A stretch of DNA of 64,000 bases from an uncultured Actinomycetes bacterium. GTDB lineage: Bacteria; Actinomycetota; Acidimicrobiia; IMCC26256; JACDBD01. The stretch lies in the NCBI GenBank assembly GCA_963768605.1, contig CAVYIP010000002.1, positions 64,756 to 128,755 on the forward strand, read 5' to 3'. The notes below the pieces were generated by a model. The model ran no database searches, was not told the DNA's origin, and saw nothing but the letters and a program-made list of their open reading frames with translations. A program made the translations under genes and the position numbers. Of the stretch, positions 21,889 through 35,122 are shown one piece after another. The number at the start of each line of letters is the position of its first letter. The first letter of the stretch is position 1.

Positions 21889-21941
21889 GCCAGTAGTTCT
21901 ACGCCGCCCGCCGTCCGGATGTGGGGGTAGCTTGCGGTTGT

Positions 21942-23159
21942 ATGGACTTCGAGTTCAGCGCCCGGTCGCTCGAGCTCCAGAAGCAGCTGCGCGACTTCAT
22001 CGACACGTACGTCGTCCCGGCCGAGCCCGTGTACCGGCAGCAGGTGGAGGAATCGGGCGACCCCCACTTCCACCCGCCCGTCATGGAGGACCTGAAGGCC
22101 GAGGCGCGCCGGCGGGACCTGTGGAACCTGTTCCTTCCCAACGCGAAGTGGGGCGCGGGCCTCTCGAACCTCGACTACGCGCCGCTGTGCGAGCTGATGG
22201 GTCGCAACCTGCTCGCGGCGGAGGCGACGAACTGCGCCGCGCCCGACACGGGCAACATGGAGATCCTCGCCGAGTTCGGCACCGCGCAGCAGCAGGAGGA
22301 GTGGCTGCTACCGCTGCTCAACGGCGAGATCCGGTCGTGCTTCGCGATGACCGAGCCGTGGGTGGCGAGCTCCGACGCCACCAACCTCCAGAGCCGCATC
22401 GAACGCGACGGCGACGACTACGTGGTCAACGCGCACAAGTGGTGGACGAGCGGCGCGGCGTCGGCGCGCTGCAAGATGGCTGTCCTCTTGGGCGTGTCGA
22501 ACCCCGATGCCGACCCGTACCACCGTCAGTCGATGATCCTCGTGCCGATGGACGCACCCGGCGTGCGGGTCGTGCGCACGCTCCCCGTCTTCGGGCACGA
22601 CGCCGGCGGCGGCCACTGCGAGACGCTGTACGAGAACGTCCGGCTCCCGGCGTCGAACCTCTTGGGCGAGGAGGGCGGCGGGTTCGCCATCGCCCAGGCG
22701 CGGCTGGGCCCGGGCCGGATCCATCACTGCATGCGGGCGATCGGCCTGGCCGAGAAGGCGCTCGAGCTGATGTGCGAGCGGGCGTGGTTGCGCACGCCGT
22801 TCGGGAAGCCGCTCGCCGAGCAGGGCGTCGTGCAGGACCGCATCGCCGAGTCCCGCATCGAGATCGAGCAGGCCCGCCTGCTCACGCTCAAGGCCGCGTG
22901 GCTGATGGACACGGTCGGGAACAAGGGCGCCCGGTTCGAGATCGCCGCGATCAAGGTGGTGGCGGCGCGCCTCGCGACGACGGTGATCGACCGGGCGATC
23001 CAGCTGTTCGGTGGCGCCGGCGTGTCGGACGACTGGCCGCTGGCGTCGATGTACACCCACGCCCGGACGCTGCACCTGGTCGACGGGCCCGACGAGGTGC
23101 ACAAGCAGCAGATCGCCCGCCGCGAGCTGCGGCCGTACCAGCCCTCGGGCTCGGCGTGA
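21942..23159 (+). CDS. Acyl-CoA dehydrogenase (FadE2/ACAD10-11-like)
   Basis: NCAAPDTGNME, MTEPWVASSDATN, RLGPGRIHHCMR, DGPDEVH. Confidence 0.93.
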   Translation: MDFEFSARSLELQKQLRDFIDTYVVPAEPVYRQQVEESGDPHFHPPVMEDLKAEARRRDLWNLFLPNAKWGAGLSNLDYAPLCELMGRNLLAAEATNCAAPDTGNMEILAEFGTAQQQEEWLLPLLNGEIRSCFAMTEPWVASSDATNLQSRIERDGDDYVVNAHKWWTSGAASARCKMAVLLGVSNPDADPYHRQSMILVPMDAPGVRVVRTLPVFGHDAGGGHCETLYENVRLPASNLLGEEGGGFAIAQARLGPGRIHHCMRAIGLAEKALELMCERAWLRTPFGKPLAEQGVVQDRIAESRIEIEQARLLTLKAAWLMDTVGNKGARFEIAAIKVVAARLATTVIDRAIQLFGGAGVSDDWPLASMYTHARTLHLVDGPDEVHKQQIARRELRPYQPSGSA

Positions 23160-24048
23160 AGGTCCGCATCGGCTACGGGCTCGGGGTCCAGGGGCTGCGC
23201 GACGACACGAGCTTCGGCGAGCTCGTCGACGGGCTCGAGGAGCGCGGCTTCGACTCGCTGTGGCTCTCGGAGCGGCTCACCGGCGACGCCCCCGACCCGA
23301 TGGTCGGCCTGGCGTACGCGGCCGGGCGGACCCGCAAGCTCAAGCTCGGCACGAGCGTGCAGGTGCTCCCGGGACGAAACCCGGCGGTGGTCGCCAAGGA
23401 GTGGGCGAGCCTCGACCGGCTCTCGGGCGGGCGCACGCTCCCCGCGTTCGGCCTCGGCGTGGCCAACCCGGCCGAGCAGCAGGCGTTCGGCGTCGCGCGC
23501 GACGAGCGCGCCGCATGGTTCGACGAGGCCCTCCCGCTCGTGCGGCGGCTGTGGACCGAGGACGCCGTCGACCACGACGGGCCCCGCTACTCGTACCGCG
23601 CGCTCTCGGTCCGGCCGAAGCCGGTGCAGCAGCCGCCCGACGTGTGGCTCGGCGGCCGGGCCAAGAGCGAGCTGCGGCGGGTGGGACGGCTCGGCGACGG
23701 CTGGCTCCCGAGCTTCTCGACCCCGGCAGAGGTGGCGGCGGGACGCGTCGTCGTCGAGGAGGCGGCCGCCGACGCCGGCCGCGAGATCGAGGACGAGCAC
23801 TACGGCGCCCTCGTGATCTACGTGCGCGACGCGATCCCCGAGCTGCTCGCGTCGGGGATCAAGGCCGCCGGCCCGACGTCGAGCCGGACGAGCTCGTCCC
23901 GGTCGGCCTGCCCGCGCTGCGGGCGCGCCTCGAGCAGTTCCTCGAGCACGGCTTCTCGAAGCTGGTCCTCGTGCCCGCGCACGATCCCGGGTCATGGACC
24001 ACCGAGCTCGACGACGCCGCACGCGAGATCCTCCCGCTGCAGACATAA
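23156..24048 (+). CDS. LLM-class, probably F420-dependent, oxidoreductase; frameshift near 23868
   Basis: MKVRIGYGLG, FDSLWLSE, LSGGR, PKPVQ, DGWLPSF. Confidence 0.82.
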
Positions 24049-24087
24049 CCGCGCACGATCGGCGCGCCGGCGACCGGTCTCGCGCTG

Positions 24088-24456
24088 CTACGGGCGCGGG
24101 ATCTGCTGGACCGCCCAGCCGTTGCCGTCGGGATCACTGAAGAAGACGAACGACCCCCAGGGAAAGTGCTGGACCTCGCTGACGTCGACGCCGCGGTCGA
24201 CGAGCTCGGCGCGCGCGGTGTCGATGTCGGACACCACCATCTGGAGGCCCTGTACCGAGCCCGGCGGCATGTCGGTGATGCCGGTGCCGATCGCGATCGA
24301 GGCCGGGGAACCGGGCGGGGTCAGCTGCACGAAGCGCAGCTCGTCGCTCACCTGGTGGTCGTGGTCGGCGTTGAAGCCCGCCCGGTCGGTGTAGAACGCC
24401 TTGGCGCGATCCACGTCCGTGACGGGCACCTGCACGAGCTCGAGTCGCCACTCCAC
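24088..24456 (-). CDS. VOC/glyoxalase-family protein
   Basis: VPVTDVDRAKAFY, VQLTPPGS, FSDPDGNGWAVQ; RBS AGGAG. Confidence 0.87.
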   Translation of the reverse strand: MEWRLELVQVPVTDVDRAKAFYTDRAGFNADHDHQVSDELRFVQLTPPGSPASIAIGTGITDMPPGSVQGLQMVVSDIDTARAELVDRGVDVSEVQHFPWGSFVFFSDPDGNGWAVQQIPRP

Positions 24457-24468
24457 GGTTTCTCCTGT

Positions 24469-24524
24469 CGCCGTCGCAAGCTCCGGCTTTGCGGGAGCGG
24501 TCGGCAAAGCCGCCGCTCCCGCGC
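24469..24524 (-). repeat. Structured 56-bp intergenic repeat, copy A
   Basis: Minus strand GCGCGGGAGCGGCGGCTTTGCCGACCGCTCCCGCAAAGCCGGAGCTTGCGACGGCG; 46/56 identical to 45463..45518. Confidence 0.85.
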
Positions 24525-24529
24525 GGAAT

Positions 24530-25754
<1,225 letters not shown>

Positions 25755-25758
<4 letters not shown>

Positions 25759-26117
25759 ATCTCCTCGCCGCCCGGCTCCATGATCGGCCGCACCTCCATC
25801 GCCCAGTACCGCGCGTCCGGCCAGCGGGCGGCGATCTCGGTCGCCCGTTCCGGGGTCTCGCACTGGACGATGCAGTAGCCGGCCAGCTGCTCCTTGGATT
25901 CGACGAACGGCCCGTCCGTGACCGCCGGGACGCCGTCGCGCACGCGCACCGTCTTGGTGTTCGACGGATCGGCCAGCCCTTCCCCGCCGACCCACTCCCC
26001 GGACTGCGTGAGCTCCTCCATGAGCTCGTCGACGTCGACCATCACGCGGTTGCGCTCCTCCTCGGAGAACGTCTCCCACGTCGCAGGGTTCTGGTAGATG
26101 AGCAGGATGTACTTCAC
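25755..26117 (-). CDS. YciI/DGPF-family protein
   Basis: MKYILLI, TDGPFVESKEQLAGY, EVRP; GTGA overlap with the sigma gene. Confidence 0.9.
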
Positions 26118-26169
26118 GTGCGCACTCCTCGGGCTCTCGGCGCCCGGTGCGGACGCCTCTCGTCAATAC

Positions 26170-26196
26170 GTCGGACCCAACCACCGCTTCTCGACA
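26170..26196 (-). promoter_or_regulatory. Putative ECF42-dependent promoter
   Basis: TGTCGA-N17-CGAC on the minus strand about 50 nt upstream of the DGPF gene; fits the Streptomyces ECF42 consensus as I recall it (TGTCGA / CG[A/T]C). Confidence 0.65.
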
Positions 26197-26225
26197 TTCC
26201 CGCGCCCGGGAAGCGCCGCATCGGC

Positions 26226-26966
26226 CTACGCGGGGCGGTGACCGATCAGCGTACGAAGCCCGGTGGGGAGCTCTTCGGAGCCGAACGAGTCCGCAACGTG
26301 CGCTTCGACGCCGTGCGCAGCGAGGAGCGCCGGAACCCGAGTCGTGTCGACCAGGACGTTGTCGTGGCGCTCGTCGTCACGGCGCCACGACCCGTCGTCG
26401 TTGCGGACGAAGGTCGTCATCTCCCGCACGAATTGGTTCGCTGACGGAATCGAGTACCGGGTGAAGATCGCCCAGTCGTCGCCGACGCGGCCCTGGCTGG
26501 ACCAGTCTCGCCGCGCCTCAGCCCATTCGAGATCGCACAGGTCGATCGCGAGGACGCCCCCAGGGCGCAACGCCTCCGCGATGGCGACGAGCGCCCGGTC
26601 GATGGCGGCCTCGTCGGGCAGGTAGTTCAGGGCGTGGCCGACGCCGACGATCGCGTCGGCGGGCGGGATCGAATCGTCCGGGAGCGTGACTTGGCGGACG
26701 TCTTCCGCGTCGGGCACCAGTTCGCGGGCGAGCTCGAGCATCGCCGGCGACGCGTCCGTCGCGACGATCCGATGTCCGGCGTCGAGAAGTTGCCGGGTGA
26801 GCAGTCCGCTCCCGCACCCGAGCTCGACGACGAGGCCGTCGCGCTCACGCACCGGCGCGAGCAGGGCCGCGATCCCGGGTGCGCAGGCGTCGGCGTGGAA
26901 CGCGTAGCCGCGGTGGTGCACGAGCGCGAGATCGTGCCGGTAATAGGGATCGTCGATCCCGTCCAT
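26226..26966 (-). CDS. Class I SAM-dependent methyltransferase
   Basis: VVELGCGSG, TDASPAML, LRPGG. Confidence 0.85.
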   Translation of the reverse strand: MDGIDDPYYRHDLALVHHRGYAFHADACAPGIAALLAPVRERDGLVVELGCGSGLLTRQLLDAGHRIVATDASPAMLELARELVPDAEDVRQVTLPDDSIPPADAIVGVGHALNYLPDEAAIDRALVAIAEALRPGGVLAIDLCDLEWAEARRDWSSQGRVGDDWAIFTRYSIPSANQFVREMTTFVRNDDGSWRRDDERHDNVLVDTTRVPALLAAHGVEAHVADSFGSEELPTGLRTLIGHRPA

Positions 26967-26977
26967 CAGCCCTTCGT

Positions 26978-28963
26978 TCAGTTCACGCCGTCGTGCAAGA
27001 CGGAGACGATGACCCGCATGATGAGGACGACGCTACAGAACAGGCTGAAGTAGCCGAAGAACTCGTAGAGCGAGGTGTCACCGGCGAACGGCGGTCCACC
27101 GCTGATGCCGAGGAGGATCGCCCCGATGAGGCCGACGATGCCACCGGCGATCACGAGCACCGTCCGGTTCACCAGCTTTGTGACGACGTGCTCGTCGTGT
27201 GGATCGGAAAACAGGCTGACGCGGGCGCGGAAGTTGCCGCGCTCGATCTGGTTGGCCATGCGGTCGAGACGCCGAGGGAGGCGGCGCAGCAGTGGCCCCA
27301 TGCGGATGAGCTCCTCGCGGGCGAGCTCCTCGAGCGTCGACGGCGCCAACCGCGCCCGCATCCACTCGGTGGCGATGGCCTCGGCTCGGTCGATGACCGG
27401 ATAGCCGGGCGAGAGGGTCGTGAGCGTCCCTTCCAACGTGATCAGCGCCCGGAAGAACGTGCTCAGCTCGGGCGGCAGGCTGATCCCGTACGTGAAGAAC
27501 AGCTGCAGCAGGTCGTTGAACATCGCCGCGCTCGGCACCATGCCCGGTGCGAGGTGGCGGGTCATGAAACGCGACAAGGCCCGCTCGAGCTCCTCGTCGT
27601 CGACGTCGCGCCGGAAGGTCGCGACCTGGAGCACCGCTTGTCGGAGCAGATCGGGGTCACGCTGCGCGACCCCGATCATGACGTCGCGGATCGCCGTCTG
27701 CTGCAGAGGATCGATGCGGCTGGCGGCACCGAAGTCGATCAGCGCGAGGCGGCCGTCTCGCAGCACCATCACGTTCCCCGGATGCGGATCGGCGTGGTAC
27801 TGCGCGTCGACGAGCATCTGCTGCATCATGCAGCGGAGCAGTTCCTCTGCCAGCTCCAGTCGGTCGACACCGAGCGCGTCGATCGCTTCCGTCTCACGCA
27901 CGCTGACGCCGTCGAGCCATTCCATGACGAGCACGCGCCTCGACGTCAGGTCGTGGAACACGGCGGGGATCCGCACTTCGCTGTCGTCGTCGAGATTGGC
28001 GGCGATGTCGGCGGCGTTGCGTGCTTCGATGTCGAAGTCGAGCTCCTCCCGCAGGCGTTCGGAGAACTCATCGGCGAGGTCGCACACCTGGTACTCGCCG
28101 CCCCATGTCGTGCGTTGCTCGACCATGCCGGCGAGCTCGTCGAGGACGTCCAGATCGCGGTTCACGGAGTCGGCGATCCCGGGACGCTGCACCTTCACGA
28201 TCACCTGCTGTCCGCCGTGGAGTCGCGCCCGGTGGACCTGCCCGATCGAGGCCGCCGCCAGCGGCTCCCAGTCGAACTCGGCGAAGACCTCGTCGACCGG
28301 CGCGTCCAGCTCGTCCTCGAGCAGCTCGCGCACGCCATCCGGCGCGGCGGGCGCGACGTTGTCCTGCAGGTGCGACAGCTCCTCCGCCACGGGCGGCGAC
28401 ACCAGATCCGAGCGTGTGGATGCCACCTGTCCCATCTTCACGAACATCCCGCCGCACTCTTCGAGCGCGTGGCGGAGGCGCCGCGCGAACGGCACCTGCC
28501 GTGCCTCGCCGTCCTCGCTGTGGCGACCGAGCCCGAGGGACGGGCCGAGCCCGTTCCGGATGGCGATGCGGGTGATCTGCGCGTACCGGCTCACACGCCG
28601 GCCACGCCGCTTCACCGCTTTGATCGGGTGCGGGATCGACGTGAGCCCGGTCTGAGCGCGGGCCAGCGTGCCGGGCTTCGCCAGCAGCTCGATCCACACC
28701 GATGCCGACATCACACCCAGCGTCGAGAACAACCAGACGTTGCGCGTGAAGCCGGTGTCGGGCTCGTTGCGCTGGCTCGCGATGGCGAGTGAGAGCGCGA
28801 CCCCGCCGACCCAGCCGAGCACACCGGACAACAGAGTGGCCGTCCAGGAGCGCCGCACTCCGAGCAGCCGGCCGACGAGCCAGGCGAGGACGAGCACGCC
28901 CGGCAGGGACAGCAGGACCGCAAGGTCGATGAGGTCGCCGAGGTCTTCGGCGGCGAGGATCAT
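26978..28963 (-). CDS. ABC1/UbiB/AarF atypical kinase with N- and C-terminal TM helices
   Basis: FVKMGQ, AAASIGQVHRA, VKVQRP, EELDF, HADPHPGN, IDFG. Confidence 0.92.
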   Translation of the reverse strand: MILAAEDLGDLIDLAVLLSLPGVLVLAWLVGRLLGVRRSWTATLLSGVLGWVGGVALSLAIASQRNEPDTGFTRNVWLFSTLGVMSASVWIELLAKPGTLARAQTGLTSIPHPIKAVKRRGRRVSRYAQITRIAIRNGLGPSLGLGRHSEDGEARQVPFARRLRHALEECGGMFVKMGQVASTRSDLVSPPVAEELSHLQDNVAPAAPDGVRELLEDELDAPVDEVFAEFDWEPLAAASIGQVHRARLHGGQQVIVKVQRPGIADSVNRDLDVLDELAGMVEQRTTWGGEYQVCDLADEFSERLREELDFDIEARNAADIAANLDDDSEVRIPAVFHDLTSRRVLVMEWLDGVSVRETEAIDALGVDRLELAEELLRCMMQQMLVDAQYHADPHPGNVMVLRDGRLALIDFGAASRIDPLQQTAIRDVMIGVAQRDPDLLRQAVLQVATFRRDVDDEELERALSRFMTRHLAPGMVPSAAMFNDLLQLFFTYGISLPPELSTFFRALITLEGTLTTLSPGYPVIDRAEAIATEWMRARLAPSTLEELAREELIRMGPLLRRLPRRLDRMANQIERGNFRARVSLFSDPHDEHVVTKLVNRTVLVIAGGIVGLIGAILLGISGGPPFAGDTSLYEFFGYFSLFCSVVLIMRVIVSVLHDGVN

Positions 28964-28981
28964 CGTGCGTGAAGGACGGGT

Positions 28982-30622
<1,641 letters not shown>

Positions 30623-30657
30623 CTTGCCCCCCAGAGTTCAGTTGTCCTTCGTCGTGC

Positions 30658-31697
30658 TCACCAGCCGAGGATGACTCCCACGATCAGGCCGAGCACGAGG
30701 AGGCCGCCCGCGCGCCGGGTGTGCACGAACGCCAGCGCCGCGAACCACAGCGGCCAGATCGGGAAGTTCTCGGGCGGCTCGGCCGGCTTCGGCTGCGAGA
30801 ACGGCCCCCACACCTTCGCGAGCTTCGGCAGCGCGAGCAGGACGAGCAGCGCCGCGATCGGCAGCGTTCCCGTGCCCACCAGCAGCGACCACGAGGACGT
30901 AGAAGGAGACCATCATTCCCTGCGTGAGCGCACGCGCCTTGCGCTCCCCGAGCAGCACGGGGAGCGTGTGCGTCCCGTCGGGCGCGTCCCACGGGATCTT
31001 GTCGATGTGCTTGCCCATGAGCACGGCGGTGCACAGCAGCGCGTACGCCAGCGACGCGACGAAGACCCCGAACGGGAAGTGGCCGGTCGCGGCGTAGTAG
31101 GCGCCGCCGACCATCAGGGGGCCCCACACCACGAGCACCGTGGGCTCGCCCAGCCCGTGCTTCTTGAGCCGGAGCGGCGGTGCCGTGTACGCGACCGACA
31201 GCAGGAACCCGCCCAGCGCGAACGCGATCATCGGCCAACCGCGGAACACGAACAGCACGATCAGGATCGCGAGGTCGGCGGCGTTGATCGCGATCGCGGC
31301 CGTCAGCAGCCCCCGGCGGCTGATCGTCCCCGACAGGACCGGATGGGGCGCGTACAGCGCCCGCGGGTAGCTGTCGGAGTCGGCGCCGACTTCGAGGTCG
31401 AAGAGATCGTTCATCAAATTGTTGGCGACGTGGGCGAGCACCAACCCGACCGTCGCCAGCGCGAACAAGCCCCACCGCACGTTCTCGTCGTGATACGCCG
31501 CGAGCAGTCCCGCGATTGCGGCTGCGGTGAGCGTCATCGGCAGCACCGACGCGCGCGAGATCACGAGCCAGCGCGAAACGGGGTCCACGCGTCCCGCAGG
31601 CGGGTTGCTCGTCCGCATCACGTGACGCCAGTTGTGGAGGAGTCGCGAGCGCGTCGTTGACGCCGGATTCCGTTGCCGGATCGCTCACGTCGGTCAC
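30658..31697 (-). CDS. Second UbiA/MenA-family prenyltransferase, frameshifts near 31630 and 30885
   Basis: RASVLPMT, NNLMNDLFD, YTAPPLRLKKHGLGE, GKHIDKIPWD, TLPVLLG. Confidence 0.8.
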
Positions 31698-31820
31698 TCC
31701 TTACACCCTTCCTGTTGCGCTCGAAGCGTACCCGGGCGATTGGCCAAGCGTCCTCGGTTGCCTGTGGCAAACTCCCCGCGCACTACTCGGCAGGAATGCA
31801 CGACTGAAGGAGCAGGTCTG

Positions 31821-32384
31821 ATGAGCACGACACCGCCGGCACCGCCGCCCGGTCCCCCGCCCGCACCGCCTCCCGGCCCGCCGTCCACACCGCCTCCCGG
31901 CACGACGCCGGGCGCGGCCCCGCCCAAGAAGAGCGGCGGCGGCACCAACATCTGGCTGGTGCTCTTCATCGTGGCCGGCGTGCTCTTCGTCGGTGCGCTG
32001 ATCTTCGGCATCTTCAGCTTCACGGGGAAGAGCAGCGCCGAGGACGACAAGGACAAGGCCCAGAAGGAGCTGGCGTCGACGAAGAAGGAGCTGAACGACA
32101 CGCAGGGCGAGCTCGGTTCGCAGAAGGGTGCCGGTCAGATCCTGGGCGACCTCGTCCGAACCGGCGCGAAGTCGGCCGACGATCTGAAGGCGTGCACGGA
32201 CTCCGCCCGGACCGTGCAGAACCAAGCGATCGACGTCCTGAACCAGCGGCAGGCGGGAACCGACGTCAACCCGCTCATCGACGGGTTGAACGCCGCGATC
32301 GACCAGAACGAGAGCCTCTGCAACACGTCCATCGACAGCTATCAGCAGTTCGTCGACGCGCTGGACAAGGTGAAGAACCGGTAG
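31821..32384 (+). CDS. Hypothetical single-pass membrane protein: Pro-rich N-terminus, TM helix, helical C-terminal domain with two Cys
   Basis: RBS GAAGGAG; PPAPPPG repeats; IWLVLFIVAGVLFVGALIFGIF. Confidence 0.75.
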   Translation: MSTTPPAPPPGPPPAPPPGPPSTPPPGTTPGAAPPKKSGGGTNIWLVLFIVAGVLFVGALIFGIFSFTGKSSAEDDKDKAQKELASTKKELNDTQGELGSQKGAGQILGDLVRTGAKSADDLKACTDSARTVQNQAIDVLNQRQAGTDVNPLIDGLNAAIDQNESLCNTSIDSYQQFVDALDKVKNR

Positions 32385-32409
32385 GCGCCAGAGCGTAACA
32401 GACGCGGAA

Positions 32410-32444
32410 CTACGGCGGCTGGCTCGACGGGTCAGCCGCCGTAG
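32410..32444. terminator. Long hairpin between convergent genes, probably a bidirectional terminator
   Basis: CTACGGCGGCTGGCTC-gac-GGGTCAGCCGCCGTAG, 16 bp with two G-U pairs; overlaps the flavin reductase stop. Confidence 0.6.
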
Positions 32445-32974
32445 CTCATCCGGGTGTCCTCCATCCGCAGGACCGCGGTCTCCTCGTCCTTCTGGAACCC
32501 GGCGTCGACGACCTCGCCGATGAACAGACTGTGCGAGCCGACGTCCGCCGTCGCGTGCAGCTCGCAATCCACGTACGCGACCGCCTGGTCGAGGATCGGC
32601 GCACCGGACGCACCGTCGTGGAACGGGAACCCGTTCAGCGTGTGCGCCTCGAGGTCGACCTCGACCGGCTTCGTGAACTTGCGGACGATGGCGCGGTCCT
32701 CACGGTCGACGACGCAGAGCGCGAACACGCCGCCCTCGGAGATCAGCTCGTGCGTGACGGCGTCCTTCTCGACGCTGACGCCGAGGAGCTTCGGATCGAA
32801 GCCCAGTTGCGTGACCCAGTTGCACGTCATGCCGTTGCGTCGATCGCCGGCGCGGCTGCCGACGATGTAGAGACCGGACGGCATCGTCCACAGGACACGC
32901 CGCCGCAACCGGTCGTACTCTTCGGGATCGGCACCGTTGGGGATCGGACCGACGGGTCCGCTGCTGAGTGGCAT
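32432..32974 (-). CDS. Flavin reductase-like protein
   Basis: PSGLYIVG, NGMTCNWVTQ, GAPIL, GSHSLFIGEV, YGG terminus. Confidence 0.87.
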   Translation of the reverse strand: MPLSSGPVGPIPNGADPEEYDRLRRRVLWTMPSGLYIVGSRAGDRRNGMTCNWVTQLGFDPKLLGVSVEKDAVTHELISEGGVFALCVVDREDRAIVRKFTKPVEVDLEAHTLNGFPFHDGASGAPILDQAVAYVDCELHATADVGSHSLFIGEVVDAGFQKDEETAVLRMEDTRMSYGG

Positions 32975-33000
32975 CCGGCGAGGCTATCGGGGGAGCTCGA

Positions 33001-33675
33001 ATGACCGACTACGCGCAGACGTACGGCGCGCTTCGCGGCCGGGTCTCGGACCTGGTGCGCGAGGCCGACAACGAGCAGCTCGAGCGCCACGCACCGGCGG
33101 CACCCGAGTGGCGCGTCCGTGACCTGGTCGCTCATCTCAGCGGGATCACGGCTGACGTCAACGCCGGGAACCTCGACGGCGTCGCGACCGATGCGTGGAC
33201 GGCACGCCAGGTCGACGCCCGGCGCGACTGGAGCATCGAGCAGCTCCTCGAGGAATGGAGCACCGAGGCGGCGAAGGTCGAGGCCGTCATGGCGAGCTTG
33301 CCCGAGGTGGCGGTGGGCCAGATGACGACGGACGCCGCGACGCACGAGCAGGACATCCGCGGCGGGCTGGAACGTCCCGGCGCGCGTGACTGCGACGCCG
33401 TGGTGATCGGCTGCGACTGGGGCGTGCAGATCCTGGCGGGAGTGGCGGATCCGGCGGACGCGACCCTGCGCATCGAGACCGAAGGCGGCACCACCACCGT
33501 CGGCAGCGGCACGCGTCAGGTCGGTGTCCGCGTCGATCGGTACGAGCTGTTCCGGACCATGACCGGCCGCCGGAGCCTCGAGCAGATCCGTTCCTTCGGC
33601 TGGGACGGTGAGCCCGCGCCGGAGCTGCTCGTGCTCCCCATCTTCACGCCCCGGCCGACGTCGCTCGTCGAGTAG
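33001..33675 (+). CDS. Mycothiol-dependent maleylpyruvate isomerase-family (DinB superfamily) protein
   Basis: PEWRVRDLVAHL, THEQDIR, GRRS. Confidence 0.85.
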   Translation: MTDYAQTYGALRGRVSDLVREADNEQLERHAPAAPEWRVRDLVAHLSGITADVNAGNLDGVATDAWTARQVDARRDWSIEQLLEEWSTEAAKVEAVMASLPEVAVGQMTTDAATHEQDIRGGLERPGARDCDAVVIGCDWGVQILAGVADPADATLRIETEGGTTTVGSGTRQVGVRVDRYELFRTMTGRRSLEQIRSFGWDGEPAPELLVLPIFTPRPTSLVE

Positions 33676-33727
33676 CGGCCGCGCGCTTCAGGGATCCGGG
33701 CGTACCAGGCTCCGTTACCGTGACCGG

Positions 33728-35122
33728 GTGACCCTGCCCCGGTCGCTCGCTCCGCTCCGGCACCGCTCGTTCGCGCTGCTGTGGGCGGGCGCGTTCACCT
33801 CGAACGTCGGCACGTGGATGGAGACCGTCGGCGTCGGCATCCTCGTCACGACGACCACGCACCAGGCCGGATGGACGGGGCTGGTCGCGGCGGCTGCGTT
33901 CGTCCCCAACGCGTTCCTCGGACCGGTGGGGGGCGCGCTCGCCGACCGCCTGCCACGCCGCCGCGTGCTCCTGACGACGACCACCGTGCAGACGGCGCTC
34001 GCTGCGCTGCTGACCGTGCTCGCCGCGACCGACAGCGCCCACCCGGGCGTGGTCGCGCTGATCGTGCTCGGCGCAGGCTGCGCCATGGCGCTCGGCTTTC
34101 CCTCCTACATGGCGCTGCTGCCCGACCTCGTTCCCCGCGACGACCTGCCGGGCGCGGTCGCGTTGTCGTCGGCGCAATGGAACCTCGGCCGCGTGATCGG
34201 CCCCGCGCTCGCCGGCATCGTCATCGGGCTCGGGGGCTTCGAGTGGGCGTTCGGCTTCAACACGCTGAGCTTCCTGGCCGTGATCGCCGTCGTCATGTCG
34301 CTGCGCCTCCCGCCGCCGGCACCGGTGCAGGAGGCGTCGATCTTCGCGTCGATCCGCGCCGGTGCCCGCTTCGCGCGGGCGGACCCGGGTTTGCGGGTGG
34401 TGATCTCGTACATGGCGTTGAACTCGCTGCTCGCCGCGCCGTTCATCGCGCTGGTGCCCGCGGTGGCATTGAAGGTGTTCGACAACGGCGACTTCGGCAC
34501 CGCGCTGCTGGTGACCGCCCAGGGCATCGGCGCCGTGCTCATGGGCCTGTCGCTCGGTCCGCTCTTCGCGCGATTCGGGAGCCGGCGCGTTCTGCTGGGC
34601 GTGCTCGGCGGGTTGCCGCTCGCACTGATCGCGTACGCCGCCGCGCCCAATCTGGCCGCGGGCGTCGTGACGATCTTTGCCGTCGGCTTCCTCTACTTGG
34701 GCGCGTTGTCGAGCTTCACCACCATCGCCCAGCTGCGCGCGCCGGCCGAGCTGCGCGGTCGCGTGCTGAGCCTGCTGATGGTCCTGCTGGGGACGCTGTA
34801 CCCGCTGGGCAGCGTGCTCCAGGGCGCGATCGCCGATCGCGTGGGGTTGCGGGCCACAACGGCCGGCGCCGGATTGTTGATGGCCGCGGCGCTGCTGCTC
34901 GTGCGGATGCTGCGGCCCGACCTCGGGCGCGCGCTGGACGAGCCCGAGTCAGGACCGGCGGAGCGCCCGGATGCTCACCCCGGCGAGCGCGACGGAGCCG
35001 ACCGCCTGGATCAGTACGAAAGCCCCGAACTCGTGGTGCCCGGTGAGCGGGCAGGCGATGGAATCCGCAACAAGGAGAGCCGCCGCGCCGAGCGAAGCAA
35101 CCAGGCCCCACCGCTGGCGTAG
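33728..35122 (+). CDS. MFS transporter (H+ antiporter-like); 3' end uncertain
   Basis: SNVGTWM, GGALADRLPRRR, NLGRVIGPALAG, RGRV; about 12 hydrophobic segments. Confidence 0.88.
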   Translation: MTLPRSLAPLRHRSFALLWAGAFTSNVGTWMETVGVGILVTTTTHQAGWTGLVAAAAFVPNAFLGPVGGALADRLPRRRVLLTTTTVQTALAALLTVLAATDSAHPGVVALIVLGAGCAMALGFPSYMALLPDLVPRDDLPGAVALSSAQWNLGRVIGPALAGIVIGLGGFEWAFGFNTLSFLAVIAVVMSLRLPPPAPVQEASIFASIRAGARFARADPGLRVVISYMALNSLLAAPFIALVPAVALKVFDNGDFGTALLVTAQGIGAVLMGLSLGPLFARFGSRRVLLGVLGGLPLALIAYAAAPNLAAGVVTIFAVGFLYLGALSSFTTIAQLRAPAELRGRVLSLLMVLLGTLYPLGSVLQGAIADRVGLRATTAGAGLLMAAALLLVRMLRPDLGRALDEPESGPAERPDAHPGERDGADRLDQYESPELVVPGERAGDGIRNKESRRAERSNQAPPLA

